A stretch of 64,000 nt of DNA from assembly GCA_963843575.1 (NCBI GenBank), contig CAWJKZ010000024.1, forward strand, positions 181,313-245,312, given 5' to 3'. The notes beneath the pieces were generated by a model. It searched no databases, was not told the origin of the DNA, and was given only the letters and a program-made list of their open reading frames with translations. Origin of the DNA: an uncultured Acidobacteriota bacterium (GTDB lineage: Bacteria; Acidobacteriota; UBA6911). Shown here one piece after another: positions 1 through 12,920 of the stretch (its first letter is position 1; every line of letters begins with the position of its first letter). The position numbers and the translations under genes were made by a program.

Positions 1-126
1 TCGTCTACAACTCCGGGGAGATGTCGCCCGTCGAGCCCGACGCGACGCGAGGTCGCCAAGGTCGGCCGCAACGATCCCTGCCCGTGCGGGAGCGGCAAGA
101 AATTCAAAAAGTGCCACGGTAAATAG
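1..126 (+). CDS. secA: Preprotein translocase SecA, C-terminal zinc-binding tail (partial, runs off the window start)
   Basis: Frame 1 translates to ...[25 protein letters not shown] followed by a stop at 124-126. This is the characteristic SecA C-terminal CxCxSGKK(Y/F)KxCHG zinc motif. Upstream residues look frame-disturbed. Confidence 0.6.
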   Translation, partial: SSTTPGRCRPSSPTRREVAKVGRNDPCPCGSGKKFKKCHGK

Positions 127-205
127 GTGCCTGCGTCGGGTTTCCGCCGATCCCGCCCGGACAGGCTTCGAGGCCCGAACTTCATTCCGATCGACAGAAA
201 AAGCC

Positions 206-2423
<2,218 letters not shown>

Positions 2424-2445
2424 ACCTGAGTCCAGGAGCTGGTTT

Positions 2446-3003
2446 ATGAGATGCGAGGACGTCAAGGAACGATTTGTCGAGCTGTTGTACGACGAGCCGG
2501 GTACCCCCCCGGCCAGTCCGGAACTGCGGGGCCACCTCGCTTCCTGCCCGGCCTGCCGGCGGGAGCTCGCGGAGCTCCAGGAAACCAGGTCGGCCCTGGC
2601 CGCCTGGACGGACGAGGCACCCCTGCGCCCGATCCTGCTGCCGCGCGCGGACCGCGCGTCGACCCCTCGCCGGCCGATGTTTTTCCGGTACCTGGGCTAC
2701 GCCGCGGCCGCCGCCGCCGTCGCGCTGGCCTTCCTCGCGCTCGCCAACGCCGAGATAACGTGGAACCGCGACGGCCTGGCGTTTCGCACGCACCTGTTTT
2801 CCAGCCCCGGCGTGCCGCGGGAAACCTACACCAAGGCCGAGGTCCGCTCCCTCCTCAAAGCCGTGGTCGACGACACCGAGAGCCGCGTTATGGAGACGAA
2901 TTACCTGATGATGCAGCGCATGATGGACACCATCGAGGAGGACCGCCGGCTGGACTGGCGCCTGGTGCGCACGGAAACTGCCCGGAATCACAACAAGAAC
3001 TGA
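2446..3003 (+). CDS. Putative zinc-finger anti-sigma factor (cognate of the upstream ECF sigma)
   Basis: Lies 23 bp downstream of the sigma gene. N-terminal HLASCPACRRELAEL zinc-finger motif and one predicted TM helix (YLGYAAAAAAVALAFLALA). Confidence 0.65.
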   Translation: MRCEDVKERFVELLYDEPGTPPASPELRGHLASCPACRRELAELQETRSALAAWTDEAPLRPILLPRADRASTPRRPMFFRYLGYAAAAAAVALAFLALANAEITWNRDGLAFRTHLFSSPGVPRETYTKAEVRSLLKAVVDDTESRVMETNYLMMQRMMDTIEEDRRLDWRLVRTETARNHNKN

Positions 3004-3046
3004 AGATCCCGGCCTCAACGACCCCCGGGGCTCATGGAGACGAATA

Positions 3047-3634
3047 ATGAACGCGGAATTGAAGCGAGGGCTCTTTTCCAGTATTTTGTTGGTTGGGTTT
3101 TTGAGCGCGCCCCTGGCAGGCCAGGCCGGGCGGGGAGCACAGGACGGCGAGAAAGTAGACTTCTCCTCCGCCCGCCAGGAAATTCAGGGCTTTGAGTCCA
3201 CCATCAACAACGTCATAAATGCTGCGTTCACGAGCCCGTTCGCTCTGAATCAGAAGGCAAAGGGCGTCTACCTGCCGGGGTATGGTTTTAGTTTCAACTT
3301 CCTGGTCAACATTCACCGGGCCCTGATCAACACGCCGTTCGGCGAACTCAGGAGCGGGGCGCAGATCACGCCGGAGCAGAAGAAGCGGCGCATCGAGGAT
3401 CTGAAGAAGAAGCTCATCCGGACCCTGTTCGACGGCGGCGACGGCCTGCGACAACTGCCACGGGGCGAGGCGGTCACCATCGTGGCGTTTTTCGAGGACC
3501 GGAATTTCCCCGATGAGCCGAGTGAGAACAAGACCATCGTCCTGACCGTCCTCAAGAAGGACCTGGACGAACTTGGGCACAAGGAAGACACGCTCAAGGA
3601 ATTCGAGCAGAGGGTTAAGATCGTTGAGTATTAA
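3047..3634 (+). CDS. Hypothetical secreted protein (signal peptide)
   Basis: Intact 195-aa ORF with N-terminal signal-like segment LFSSILLVGFLSAPLAGQA. No recognisable domain. Confidence 0.45.
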   Translation: MNAELKRGLFSSILLVGFLSAPLAGQAGRGAQDGEKVDFSSARQEIQGFESTINNVINAAFTSPFALNQKAKGVYLPGYGFSFNFLVNIHRALINTPFGELRSGAQITPEQKKRRIEDLKKKLIRTLFDGGDGLRQLPRGEAVTIVAFFEDRNFPDEPSENKTIVLTVLKKDLDELGHKEDTLKEFEQRVKIVEY

Positions 3635-5354
3635 AGTCGAGGCGCTGAAGGCGAGGAAGCCGCTCGGCCAGGTCTTTCTGGAACGCGGCCTGGTGGATGA
3701 GGAGGAGTTGCGGACCGCGCTCAACCTGCAGGTCGAGTCGCGCGAAAAGATCGGCAAGCTCCTCGTCGACCTCGGGTACATCTCCGAAAAAGACTGCCTG
3801 GCAATCGTGTCCGAACACCTCGGGATTCCGTCGGTCACCGGGGCGGATTACCCGTCGGTGCCAGTGCTCGAGAACGTCCTGACTTACCGGTTCATGAAAC
3901 AGTGCAAGTTCGTCCCCATGGCACTGGAAGACGACCTGCTGACACTGGCGATGACCGACCCGCTCGATTACGCCACGGTCGACTCCGTGCGGCAGGCGAC
4001 CGGCTACCGCATCCGCGCGGTTGCTCGGGTGCCGAGAGCGAGATCATGGACGTCCTCGAGAAACTCTACGGCTCGGCCGCGAGCTCGTTCGGGCGCATCA
4101 TCGAGGGCATCGACGACGGCAACATCGAGAGCCTCTCCGACGAGATCGAGGACATCGAACAGCTGAAGGATCTCGCCTCGGAGGCTCCCGTCATCCGCCT
4201 GGTGAACCTGATCATCTCCAAGGCGATCGAGGCCAGGGCGAGCGACATTCACATCGAGCCGTTCGAAAAGGACCTGAAGGTGCGCTACCGGATCGACGGC
4301 ATCCTGCACGACGTCGAGTCCCCTCCGAAGAAGCTGAAGGCCGCCGTGATCAGCCGCGTCAAGATCATGGCCAAGATCAACATCGCCGAGCGGCGACTGC
4401 CCCAGGACGGCCGCATCAAGCTGAAGGTGCTCGGCCGCGACATCGACCTGCGCGTCTCCACCCTGCCCACGCTCTACGGCGAGAGCGTGGTCATGCGTAT
4501 CCTCGACAAGAGCAACACCAGCCTGTACGACATCCGCCGGCTGGGATTCCCCGAGGATGCGCTGCGCGATTTCGAAGGCGCTGATCCGGCGCCCGCACGG
4601 CATCATGCTCGTCACGGGGCCGACCGGCAGCGGGAAGACCACCACCCTGTACAGCGCGCTGGACACCATCAACCTCCCCGACAAGAAGATCATCACGATC
4701 GAGGACCCGATCGAGTACCAGATGGACGGCATCAACCAGATCCAGGTCCAGGCCCAGATCGGGCTGACGTTCGCGGCCGGGCTGCGGCACATCGTGCGGC
4801 AGGACCCGGACGTGATCATGGTCGGCGAGATCCGCGACCTGGAGACGGCCGAAATCGCCATCCGCGCGGCGTTGACCGGACACCTCGTCTTCTCCACGCT
4901 GCACACCAACGACGCCCCCAGCGCCATCACGCGCCTGGTCGACATGGGCGCCGAGGATTATCTCATCGCTTCCTCGCTCCTGGGCGTGCTGGCGCAGCGC
5001 CTCGTGCGCGTCATCTGCCCGCACTGCAAGGAGGAGGTTTTTCCCGTGCCGGAAATGCTGGACGAGATCGGGTTCCGGCGCGGGAACGGCTATCGCGGCC
5101 CGAACCGCTTTTTTGAAGGCAAGGGTTGCGAGCGCTGCAGCAACACCGGGTTCATCGGCCGCATCGGCATCTACGAGCTGATGATCATGAACGACGAACT
5201 GCGCAAGCTCACCATCGGCAAGGCCGACTCCAACCAGATCCGCAAGAAAGCGGTCGAGTTCGGGATGCGCAAGTTGCGCGACGACGGCTGGCTCAAGGTC
5301 CGCGAGGGCACCACCAGCATCTCGGAGGTCCTGCGCGTAACGCAGGACGCCTGA
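3624..5354 (+). CDS. gspE: Type II secretion ATPase GspE (two frameshifts)
   Basis: Three frame pieces. An N-terminal GspE_N-like domain ([44 protein letters not shown]). The N2 domain and start of the ATPase core ([25 protein letters not shown]...[12 protein letters not shown]). Walker [14 protein letters not shown], and a CPHC tetracysteine motif. Probable TTG start at 3624 overlapping the upstream stop. Confidence 0.85.
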
Positions 5355-5366
5355 GCCTGAGGTAGC

Positions 5367-6593
5367 ATGGCGGCATATATATACAAGGCATCGACGATCG
5401 ACGGGAAGATCGTGGAAGGGACGATGGAGGCGGCCGACAACGGCGCGGCGTCCCTGAAGCTCCACGACATGGGCCTGCTGCCGATCCGGGTCGGCCCGGC
5501 CGGCGGCCGGAGCGCCCTCAATCGAGAGATCGAGTGGCCCTGGAAGCGCAAGCGCCGGGTGAGGCGCAAGGACCTGCTGGTGTTCACCCAGGAACTTCAC
5601 ACCCTGGTCGCGGCCGGATTTCCCCTGGACCGCACCCTCAGCGTCCTCGGTCAGCTTGCCGAGAGCCCCGCCCTCTCCGAGGTGATCCAGGGGGTGCTCA
5701 AAGAGGTCAAAGGGGGCAAGTCCTTCTCCGAAGGGCTGGGCAAATACCCCGAGGTCTTCCCCAAGGTCTACGCCAACATGGTCAAGGCCGGCGAGGTCGG
5801 CGGCGCGCTGCAGGAAGTGCTCGGCCGGCTGGCGCAGTTCCTCGAGACCAGCGAGAACCTGCGCTCCTACATCGTCGGCGCCCTCATCTACCCGGCGCTG
5901 CTGTCGGTGGTCGGCATCGCGAGCGTCACCATCCTCACCCTGTTCGTCGTCCCCAGGTTCGCTTCCATCTTCCAGGACATGGGGCTGCCGCTCCCGCTGC
6001 CGATGGCCATACTGAAGGGACTGAGCGACTTTCTCATGCAGCTACTGGTGGCTGGTGATCATCGCGGCGGGGCTGGTGATCTATTACCTGAAGCGCTTCC
6101 GTTCCAGCCCCGAAGGCCGCCTGAAGATGGGACCGCTGGCTGCTGCGCACTCCCCTGCTGGGGAAAGTGCTGCGCAAGGTCGAGGTGGCGCGCTTCTCCA
6201 GGACGCTCGGAACGCTCCTGCACGGCGGCGTCCCGCTGTTGCAGGGAATGACGCATCGTGCGCGATGTCGTCGGCAACCAGGGCATCGCGACCATGATCG
6301 ACCCGATCCGCAACGGAATCAAGAAAGGGGAGGGGATCGCCCAGCCCATGAAGCAGAGCGGAGTGTTCCCGCCCCTGGCCATGCACCTGATCGAGGTGGG
6401 CGAGGAGTCGGGGAAGCTGGACGCGATGCTGCTCCAGGTCGCCGACGTCTACGACAACGAGGTGCGCGACGGCGTCAAGAACCTGATCGCGTTTTTCGAA
6501 CCGGCGCTGATCCTGGTCATGGGCATCATCATCGGCACCATCGTCGTGTCGATGCTGCTGGCCATCTTCAGCATCAACGACATTCCCCTCTAG
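5367..6593 (+). CDS. gspF: Type II secretion inner-membrane platform protein GspF (frameshifted near 6050-6260)
   Basis: GspF/PilC-family repeats (QLAESPALSEVIQGVLKEVKGGKSFSEGL, FPPLAMHLIEVGEESGKLDAMLLQVAD) and TM segments. Three frame fragments. Confidence 0.85.
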
Positions 6594-6746
6594 CGGGCCC
6601 CTGGCGCCCGCCCGGGGGGAGGCGGTCCCTTGCCCGGACGCATTCGTCCGGATGGTATCATTACCGGGATAATCCCGAGCCCGAACGGGGAGTTCGTTCC
6701 GACATTCTCCGCCGCCTCAAGTGCACTGCGGAAAAGGGAGGCATTT

Positions 6747-7172
6747 ATGTCCGTCGATTCGAGGGATCGCAGGTCCGAGAAGGGCTTCTCTCTCATAGAG
6801 TTGATCGTGGTGCTCGTCATCCTGGGCCTGCTCGCGGCCGTGGTGGGCCCGCGCGTTTACGACAAGCTGGCAAAGGGCAAGGAGCAGATCGCGAAAATCC
6901 AGATCAAGGAGCTCGAGGGGGCCCTGCAGCTCTTTTCCTTCGACGTCGGCCGATATCCGACCACGAGCGAGGGGCTCGAAGCGCTGATCCACAATCCCGG
7001 CAGCATGGATTCCTGGAAGAGCCCCTACCTGAACAAGGCGGAGTTGCCCAAGGACCCGTGGGGCAAGCCGTACCTCTATCGTTCGCCGGGCCAGCACGGC
7101 GACTTCGACCTGCTGTCCTACGGACCCGACGGCGTCGAGGGTGGCGAAGACGACGTCGTCAGCTGGAAGTGA
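6747..7172 (+). CDS. gspG: Major pseudopilin GspG
   Basis: RBS AAAAGGGAGG is followed by an ATG. The prepilin N-terminus KGFSLIELIVVLVILGLLAAVVGP and the GspG core (PTTSEGLEALIHNP...DPWGKPYLYRSPGQHGDFDLLSYGPDG) are present. Confidence 0.9.
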   Translation: MSVDSRDRRSEKGFSLIELIVVLVILGLLAAVVGPRVYDKLAKGKEQIAKIQIKELEGALQLFSFDVGRYPTTSEGLEALIHNPGSMDSWKSPYLNKAELPKDPWGKPYLYRSPGQHGDFDLLSYGPDGVEGGEDDVVSWK

Positions 7173-7178
7173 CCTGAT

Positions 7179-7661
7179 ATGAGGAGCGCAGGGCGGCAAT
7201 CGGGGTTTTCACTCCTCGAGTTGATCATGGTCGTGGTGGTGATCTCCCTTGTCCTGGCGGTCACCTACCCCTCGCTGTCGCGCGGCAACGCCACCCTGCA
7301 CCTGCGCACCTCGGCCAGGGACGTGCTTAACGTCATGCGCTACGCGCGGGAGAAGGCCATCACGGAGCAGACGGAGATGAGGGTCGTGGCGCAGCGCGAA
7401 AGCGGGACGATCACGATGACCGATGGCTACGGGGACGGAGGCCGCCCGTATGTGCTCCCAACCGGGATCCATCTGGCCGGCCTGGCCCTGGGGGGCCAGG
7501 AGATCCTCGACGGACCGCTCGTCATCCGTTTTCTGCCCAACGGGAGCTCCGTGACGGCGGAGCTCGTGCTGGCTTCGGACAAGGGCGGAGCGCTGCGCAT
7601 CGTGACCGACCCGGTGACCGGGGGCGCCCGCGTCGCGCGCCGCGAGGAGGGGATGCCGTGA
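7179..7661 (+). CDS. gspH: Minor pseudopilin GspH
   Basis: N-terminus is prepilin type (GFSLLELIMVVVVISLVLAV). Size about 160 aa and position after gspG support the call. Confidence 0.7.
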   Translation: MRSAGRQSGFSLLELIMVVVVISLVLAVTYPSLSRGNATLHLRTSARDVLNVMRYAREKAITEQTEMRVVAQRESGTITMTDGYGDGGRPYVLPTGIHLAGLALGGQEILDGPLVIRFLPNGSSVTAELVLASDKGGALRIVTDPVTGGARVARREEGMP

Positions 7662-8125
7662 CACTGCGCAAGACCGCGGACCCCGGCGGTTTCACGCTGC
7701 TCGAGGTGCTCGTCACGCTCGCGATCCTGTCGGTCGGGACCGCCCTGGCGCTGTCGCTCATCTCGGGCGCCCTGGGCAACATCCGCAAGGTGCAGCTCAG
7801 GACACGGACTATTCAGCACGCGGAGACGGTCATGGAGATGAGCCTGCTGGACGATTCGATCGTGCGGCCGACAACCCTCACGGGTGATTTCGAAGACGGC
7901 ACCCGTTGGGCCCTGAGGGTGGAAGAGGTGCTGACCCCGCCACCCGCGAACCAGACGACGCTGCAGACCCAGCAGTTCGAGATGCCCGTGAAGATGTTCA
8001 GCTACGCGGTCGAAGTCTCTGCCCCCGAGTCGAACACCGCGGACTTTCGCCTGCAGACGCTCAAGCTCGTCAACGTGCGACAGCAGGAGCAGCAACAACA
8101 ACCACCACTCGGGTTGCCAAGATGA
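7658..8125 (+). CDS. gspI: Minor pseudopilin GspI
   Basis: GTG start overlapping the gspH stop. Prepilin N-terminus GFTLLEVLVTLAILSVG. Size about 155 aa. Confidence 0.7.
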   Translation: MTLRKTADPGGFTLLEVLVTLAILSVGTALALSLISGALGNIRKVQLRTRTIQHAETVMEMSLLDDSIVRPTTLTGDFEDGTRWALRVEEVLTPPPANQTTLQTQQFEMPVKMFSYAVEVSAPESNTADFRLQTLKLVNVRQQEQQQQPPLGLPR

Positions 8126-8930
8126 TATTCGGGACGCGCAGGCGGGATTCCAGATTCGCGGGCGGCGCCGCGGGGGCCGTTGCGCCGCCCCGCGTGCCTG
8201 CGGCCGCCCGTCGCCCGGGACCGAGGCCTGGCGGGATCGCGACCAGGCTCAGCCGGGATCGAGCCGCCGCACCGAGCAGGGGTTCACCCTGCTCGAGATG
8301 CTCGTCGCCGTCACTCTGGTCGCGGTCATGGCGGTCGCCCTGTGGGCCGTCTTTCGGATCAGCATCAATTCGTGGATCCGCGGCACGGAGTTTATCGACA
8401 CCAACCAGCGCAACCGGAGCATCCTGGACCTGGTGAAGAAACAGATGGCCTCGATCTACGCGGTCAACGCCCCGGCCGACCTGCAGAGCCGGCGGGGCGG
8501 TCTACCCGATCTTTTTCGGGACCGACAGCGAGCGTGCAGTTCGTCAGCCTGAACTCGCTTCGCTTCCAGGACAACCCCGGGCCTGACGATGGTCTCGTAC
8601 GACGTCGTCGGCGACCGCCGCGGGCGGGTATTCGGTGGTCGAGCGGGAGAAGCAGTATCTGGGACTCGATCCGGGACGCGAGAGCATTTTCGACGAACGC
8701 AACGAGCCGGTGACCGTCATATACGACAACCTGATGTCGTTCATGTTCGAGTATTTCGACGCCGGGTCGCCCACGCAGCCGCCCCGCTGGGTGAAGGAGT
8801 GGAATCCCCGCGAGACCCGGGAGATGCCCACGGCAATATCGATGACGATGATCTCCCGCGACGGCAAGGGGGGACTTCTGAACAGGCACATGGTCGTGCC
8901 GATCCTGGCGAAGGCCTACGACGCGCGCCT
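8122..8930 (+). CDS. gspJ: Minor pseudopilin GspJ (multiple frameshifts; boundaries approximate)
   Basis: Prepilin motif QGFTLLEMLVAVTLVAVMAVALWA is followed by a GspJ-like body spread over three frames. The position between gspI and gspK supports the call. Confidence 0.55.
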
Positions 8931-8976
8931 GAGTTCGTCAACCCCTTCGACTCGCGCCCAAGGAGGTACCGCGACG

Positions 8977-9979
8977 ATGACCCGCGTGCGACGCGATGAG
9001 CGCGGCGTGATTCTGATCGCGCTCCTCTGGATCCTGACGGCGATCGCCGTCATAGCGCTGAGCTTTTCCCGGGAGAGCTTCGTCGAGGTGGCCGCGGCCC
9101 GCAACGCCCGCGACCTGGCCGACAGCTACTTCATCGCCCGGGCCGGGATCTCGGCGACCGTCTACAAGCTGATCGAGAGACGGTACGTCCCGCGCGTGCG
9201 CCAGCTGCAGCTCGACACGGCCGCCCGAGCCGATCGATCTCGGGAGAATTTCCGAGCCGTTCGGCGACGGCGTGTACGATGTGGATATCCAGGACGAATC
9301 GGGTAAGCTGAACCTGAATCTACGCGGACGAGGAACAACTCCGGCTGCTGATGGCTGCGGCGGGCATCGACAAACGGGACGGCGACGATCATCGTCGATT
9401 CCATCCTCGACTGGCGCGACGCGGACAACCTGCACCGCGTCAACGGCGCGGAAGACGATTACTACCAGTCGCTACCCGACCCCGTACAAGACCAGGAACG
9501 GCCGATCGAAACGGTGGAGGAGTTGCTGCTGATACGCGGGGTGACCCGGGACTATTTTTACGGTCACCCCGAGAAGGCGCCCGGACGGGACGCCGGTGTA
9601 CCGATACGGGCTCTGGCGGTTTTTCACCGTCTACGGGCCGCCGGGGCAGCGGGTGAACGTCAACTTCGCGCCCGTTCGAGGTGCTGATGTCGATTCCCGG
9701 CATGCCGCCGCAGGCCGCACAGGCCATCATCGAACGCCGCAAGGTGAAGCCCTTCGCGACCGTCGAGGAGGTGACCAAGGAAGTGCCGGTGACGCTCCCG
9801 CCCGTCGGTCTGGCGCTACTCTGGACGGAGCAGACCGGCATCTACACGCTGACGGCGTCGGCTCATCGCGAGAGACTCCAAGGTGCGCCGCGTCATCCGG
9901 ACCGTGCTCACCCTCGACCCCCGGGAGTCGAAGGGATACAAGGTTCTTTTACTGGAACGAGAATGTGCCTGTCCTGTGA
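8977..9979 (+). CDS. gspK: Minor pseudopilin GspK (frameshifted)
   Basis: RBS AGGAGG precedes the ATG. N-terminus MTRVRRDERGVILIALLWILTAIAVIALSF is classic GspK. The conserved DESGKLNLN motif is present. The C-terminal fragment ends YKVLYWNENVPVL. Confidence 0.75.
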
Positions 9980-10003
9980 GGCACGGTTAAGGCCATAGAA
10001 ACG

Positions 10004-11401
10004 ATGATTTACCTCAAGACAAGCGTCGGGATGGAAATCAGGGACGACGACCTGCTGGTGTCGTCCCTGCAGAGCAACTTCGCCGCGGGAGTGTTCACGC
10101 ATTTCGCGCGGATCCGCAATTTCCGCACCCGCGACCGGGCGGAGGTACGCCGCGAGCTGGACGCCTTTTTCAAGTCGAACCGGCTGACGCGCGACAACGT
10201 CGTGCTCGGGATCCCCCGCCGCGACATCGTGATCCGCCACCTCGACCTCCCGGTCGAAGTGGCGGACAACCTGAAGCAGGTGGTCGAGTACCAGGTCCAG
10301 TCGTTCGAGCCCACCGAGGAGGAGCGGTTCAGCTACGATTTCGCCCCTCTTCGCTCGGCAAAAAACGCCAAGCGCCTCTCCGTCCTGCTGGTGATGGTCA
10401 AGAAGTCGCTGCTCGACGCGCAGCTCGACCTGCTGCGCGAGCTTGGGGTGCGTCCCGTGGCGGTCACGGGCGGCTCTCTCGGGCTGATCAACCTGTTTCT
10501 GCACAACAGGAAGGATCTCGAGGGCAAGACCTTTTTCGTCGCCGACCTGACACCGACGGGCCTCGAACTGGCCGCCGTCCGCAACGGGTCGCTCGCCTAC
10601 AGCCGCCACGCCGCGAAGCCCGAGGCCGCACCCTGGAAGGATGTCCTGCTCGCGGAAGTGGACCTCGCGGCCGGCAAGGTCGGGCTGGGGCCGCAGGACT
10701 CGATCGAGCAGGTCATGCTCGCCGGCGAGGCGGCGGAGGCCGCGCGCCAGGAGATCGGCGAGGACCTCCAGGACTGCAGCCTCATCGGCCAGATGGTCCG
10801 CTACGAGATGCCGCCGGACTTGCGCCGGCAACTGCAGGTCGCCGCCCCTTCGCTCGGGCTGGCGTTGACCGGGCTGACCCGCCGCCCCGAAATCAGGGTG
10901 AACCTCCTGCCGGCGGCGCTGCGCATCACGCAGACACGCTGGGCGTACGTACCCTCCGTGGTGCTCGGCCTGGCGGTGCTGGCCCTGGCCGTGGCCCTCG
11001 GCTTCCGTCAAAACGTCCAGGAGCAGATGCTGACCCGCAAGCTGGACCGGGAGATCGAGTCGCTCAAGCCGCGGGTGGAGCAGGTGCAGGCGGTGCGTAC
11101 GCAGGCCGAAGCCCTCGAGAAGAGGACCGCGACGGTGGAAGACCTGCTGCGCCGGCGTGACTTGAATCTCGAGTTGCTCCAGGAACTCACCACCCTGCTG
11201 CCGGCCGACACCTATCTGACCTTGTTTCAAAACAGGGACGGCACGATCCAGCTCTCGGGGTTGAGCACTTCGGCCCCGGACCTGATCCCGAAGCTCGAGA
11301 ACTCCGCATTGTTGAAAGACGTCGTGCAGCGCGGCACGGTGTTCCGGGATCCCCAAAGCGGCAAGGACCGATTCAATTTCGAGGCGAAGCTCCAGAGGTA
11401 A
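10004..11401 (+). CDS. gspL: GspL-like assembly protein built as a PilM-like (actin-fold) cytoplasmic domain fused to a TM helix and a PilN-like periplasmic coiled-coil domain
   Basis: Intact 465-aa ORF. The N-terminal ~300 aa have the PilM/GspL-cyto character. A TM helix (VVLGLAVLALAVALGF) is followed by a coiled coil and a PilN-like C-terminus. It sits between gspK and gspM. Confidence 0.6.
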   Translation: MIYLKTSVGMEIRDDDLLVSSLQSNFAAGVFTHFARIRNFRTRDRAEVRRELDAFFKSNRLTRDNVVLGIPRRDIVIRHLDLPVEVADNLKQVVEYQVQSFEPTEEERFSYDFAPLRSAKNAKRLSVLLVMVKKSLLDAQLDLLRELGVRPVAVTGGSLGLINLFLHNRKDLEGKTFFVADLTPTGLELAAVRNGSLAYSRHAAKPEAAPWKDVLLAEVDLAAGKVGLGPQDSIEQVMLAGEAAEAARQEIGEDLQDCSLIGQMVRYEMPPDLRRQLQVAAPSLGLALTGLTRRPEIRVNLLPAALRITQTRWAYVPSVVLGLAVLALAVALGFRQNVQEQMLTRKLDREIESLKPRVEQVQAVRTQAEALEKRTATVEDLLRRRDLNLELLQELTTLLPADTYLTLFQNRDGTIQLSGLSTSAPDLIPKLENSALLKDVVQRGTVFRDPQSGKDRFNFEAKLQR

Positions 11402-11404
11402 GAC

Positions 11405-11989
11405 ATGAAGATCACTGCGCGCGAGAAGAAATTTCTGGTTGTCGGCGGGGGTAGCGTCGCGATGGCCGCCCTGATCTACGTCGCGCTCGTGCTCATCCCG
11501 GCGGGGTCCGGCGCGACCGGCAGCGTCGAGCTCAAGAAGCGGATGCTGCTCAAGCAGAAGGAGACGCTGTTGCGCGAGCAGGAGTACAAGACGCGGGTGG
11601 AGCAGTATCGGCAGCGCCTGACGAAGGATCTGACCCGCGTCCTGCCGTTCGACAACCCGACTATCGCGGCCGCCGACCTGCAGAGAGTCCTCAAAGAGAT
11701 CGCCGACCGTAACGGGGTGGAGATCATCCGCAAGGACATCCAGCAGGAGAAGAAAGTCCAGGAGAACCTGGTCAAGGTCTCGGTAAAGATCGAGACCAAC
11801 TGCGTGCCGGACCAACTCGTCCAGTTTCTGGCGGCGATCGAGAACTACGACAAGTCCCTGACGGTCGACGAGCTGGTCATCAACAGCTTCCGCATCCAGA
11901 AAAAATACGAGATCCGGCCCATCGTGACCGTTTCGGGATACATCGTGGCCCCCCCGGCACCGCCTGCGGCGAAGCAGGTCGGGGTTTAG
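11405..11989 (+). CDS. gspM: GspM/PilO-like T2SS inner-membrane protein
   Basis: Intact 194-aa ORF with an N-terminal TM segment (FLVVGGGSVAMAALIYVALVLIP) then a coiled-coil periplasmic domain. Position is after gspL. Confidence 0.55.
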   Translation: MKITAREKKFLVVGGGSVAMAALIYVALVLIPAGSGATGSVELKKRMLLKQKETLLREQEYKTRVEQYRQRLTKDLTRVLPFDNPTIAAADLQRVLKEIADRNGVEIIRKDIQQEKKVQENLVKVSVKIETNCVPDQLVQFLAAIENYDKSLTVDELVINSFRIQKKYEIRPIVTVSGYIVAPPAPPAAKQVGV

Positions 11990-12013
11990 AGGCGCCGGAG
12001 AAGGCAAGGCCGT

Positions 12014-12902
12014 ATGAGCAAGAACCTGATTGCCGCAAACGTGCTGCTCCTCGTCGTGGCCGGCCTGCTGGGCTGGCGGCTGCACGGGTCGATCAAGCGG
12101 TTCGACGTGGAGAACGACATTTCGAAGATCCAGCCCGTCCGGGACGTCAAGAGCATGACGGTCGAGCAGGGGCTGGCTCCGGTCAAGCCGCCGCGCCAGT
12201 ACAACGCCGGCGAGTTCGACGTCATCGCCGCGCAGAATCTGTTCTCGGAAACACGCGCGCGCGAGGAGAAGGTGGACCCGGCGGCGGCGGTGGCCCCCGA
12301 AACCCCTCCACTGGACGTAAAGCCCGTGCTGGTCGGAATCACCATCGCCGGTTCGCAGCGCAACGCACTCATCATTGATCCCTCGAGCGCCGCCGCCGGC
12401 CGGAAAACGCAGCGGCGCAAGCTGGGGGACAGCTATCGTGGCTACACGATCACCGACATCGGCGACAACAAGATGATCTTGCAGAACGGCAACCGCAGAG
12501 AGGTCATCCCGCTGTTTGACGGTTCCAAGCACCCGACCGGCGGCGGTAAGACGGCGATCCTGGCGACCCGCGTCGTCTCCTTCGGAGCGGGCGGCAGCAG
12601 CGGCGGCGGAGTCGGCGTCGTGGCGGCGGGCACGCCTCCCGGCCAGGCGGCGAGCGCGCGTCGCAGTGCCCGGGCAGGCCCAGTCCGGCGTCACCACTGT
12701 GGTGGGGCCGTCGCAAGCCGCCACGCAGCAGGGCGGACAGAGCAGCGTAACCCGCGGATCGCAACAGCAGACAACCCGGCAGGCTCCAGGTGCTTCCGGT
12801 ACTTCTCCCGCGTGGAACGAACGGACAGACGATCAGGGGCGGCGCGTGATTCGGACCCCCTTCGGAGACATCGTCCGCCCGGAGAAGGCCAACAACCCCT
12901 AA
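12014..12902 (+). CDS. GspC-like (or PilP/GspN-like) secretin-associated membrane protein (frameshifted near 12650)
   Basis: N-terminal TM helix LIAANVLLLVVAGLLGW, a Pro/Gly/Ser-rich linker, and a C-terminal domain. It lies immediately upstream of the secretin gene. Confidence 0.4.
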
Positions 12903-12920
12903 CAAACTAAGGAAGATCAC

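Noticed and set aside
9908-12724. Very long antisense ORFs, for example 938 aa at 9908-12724 (-), 806 aa at 26348-28768 (-), 795 aa at 30749-33136 (-), 647 aa at 23727-25670 (-) and 421 aa at 20986-22251 (+)
   Set aside because: They run opposite to clearly homologous genes (gspL/M, Vps4-like, flotillin-like, amidohydrolase). They have Arg/Ala/Gly/Pro-rich composition typical of non-coding frames in 68% GC DNA, which lack stop codons. None has a recognisable motif.
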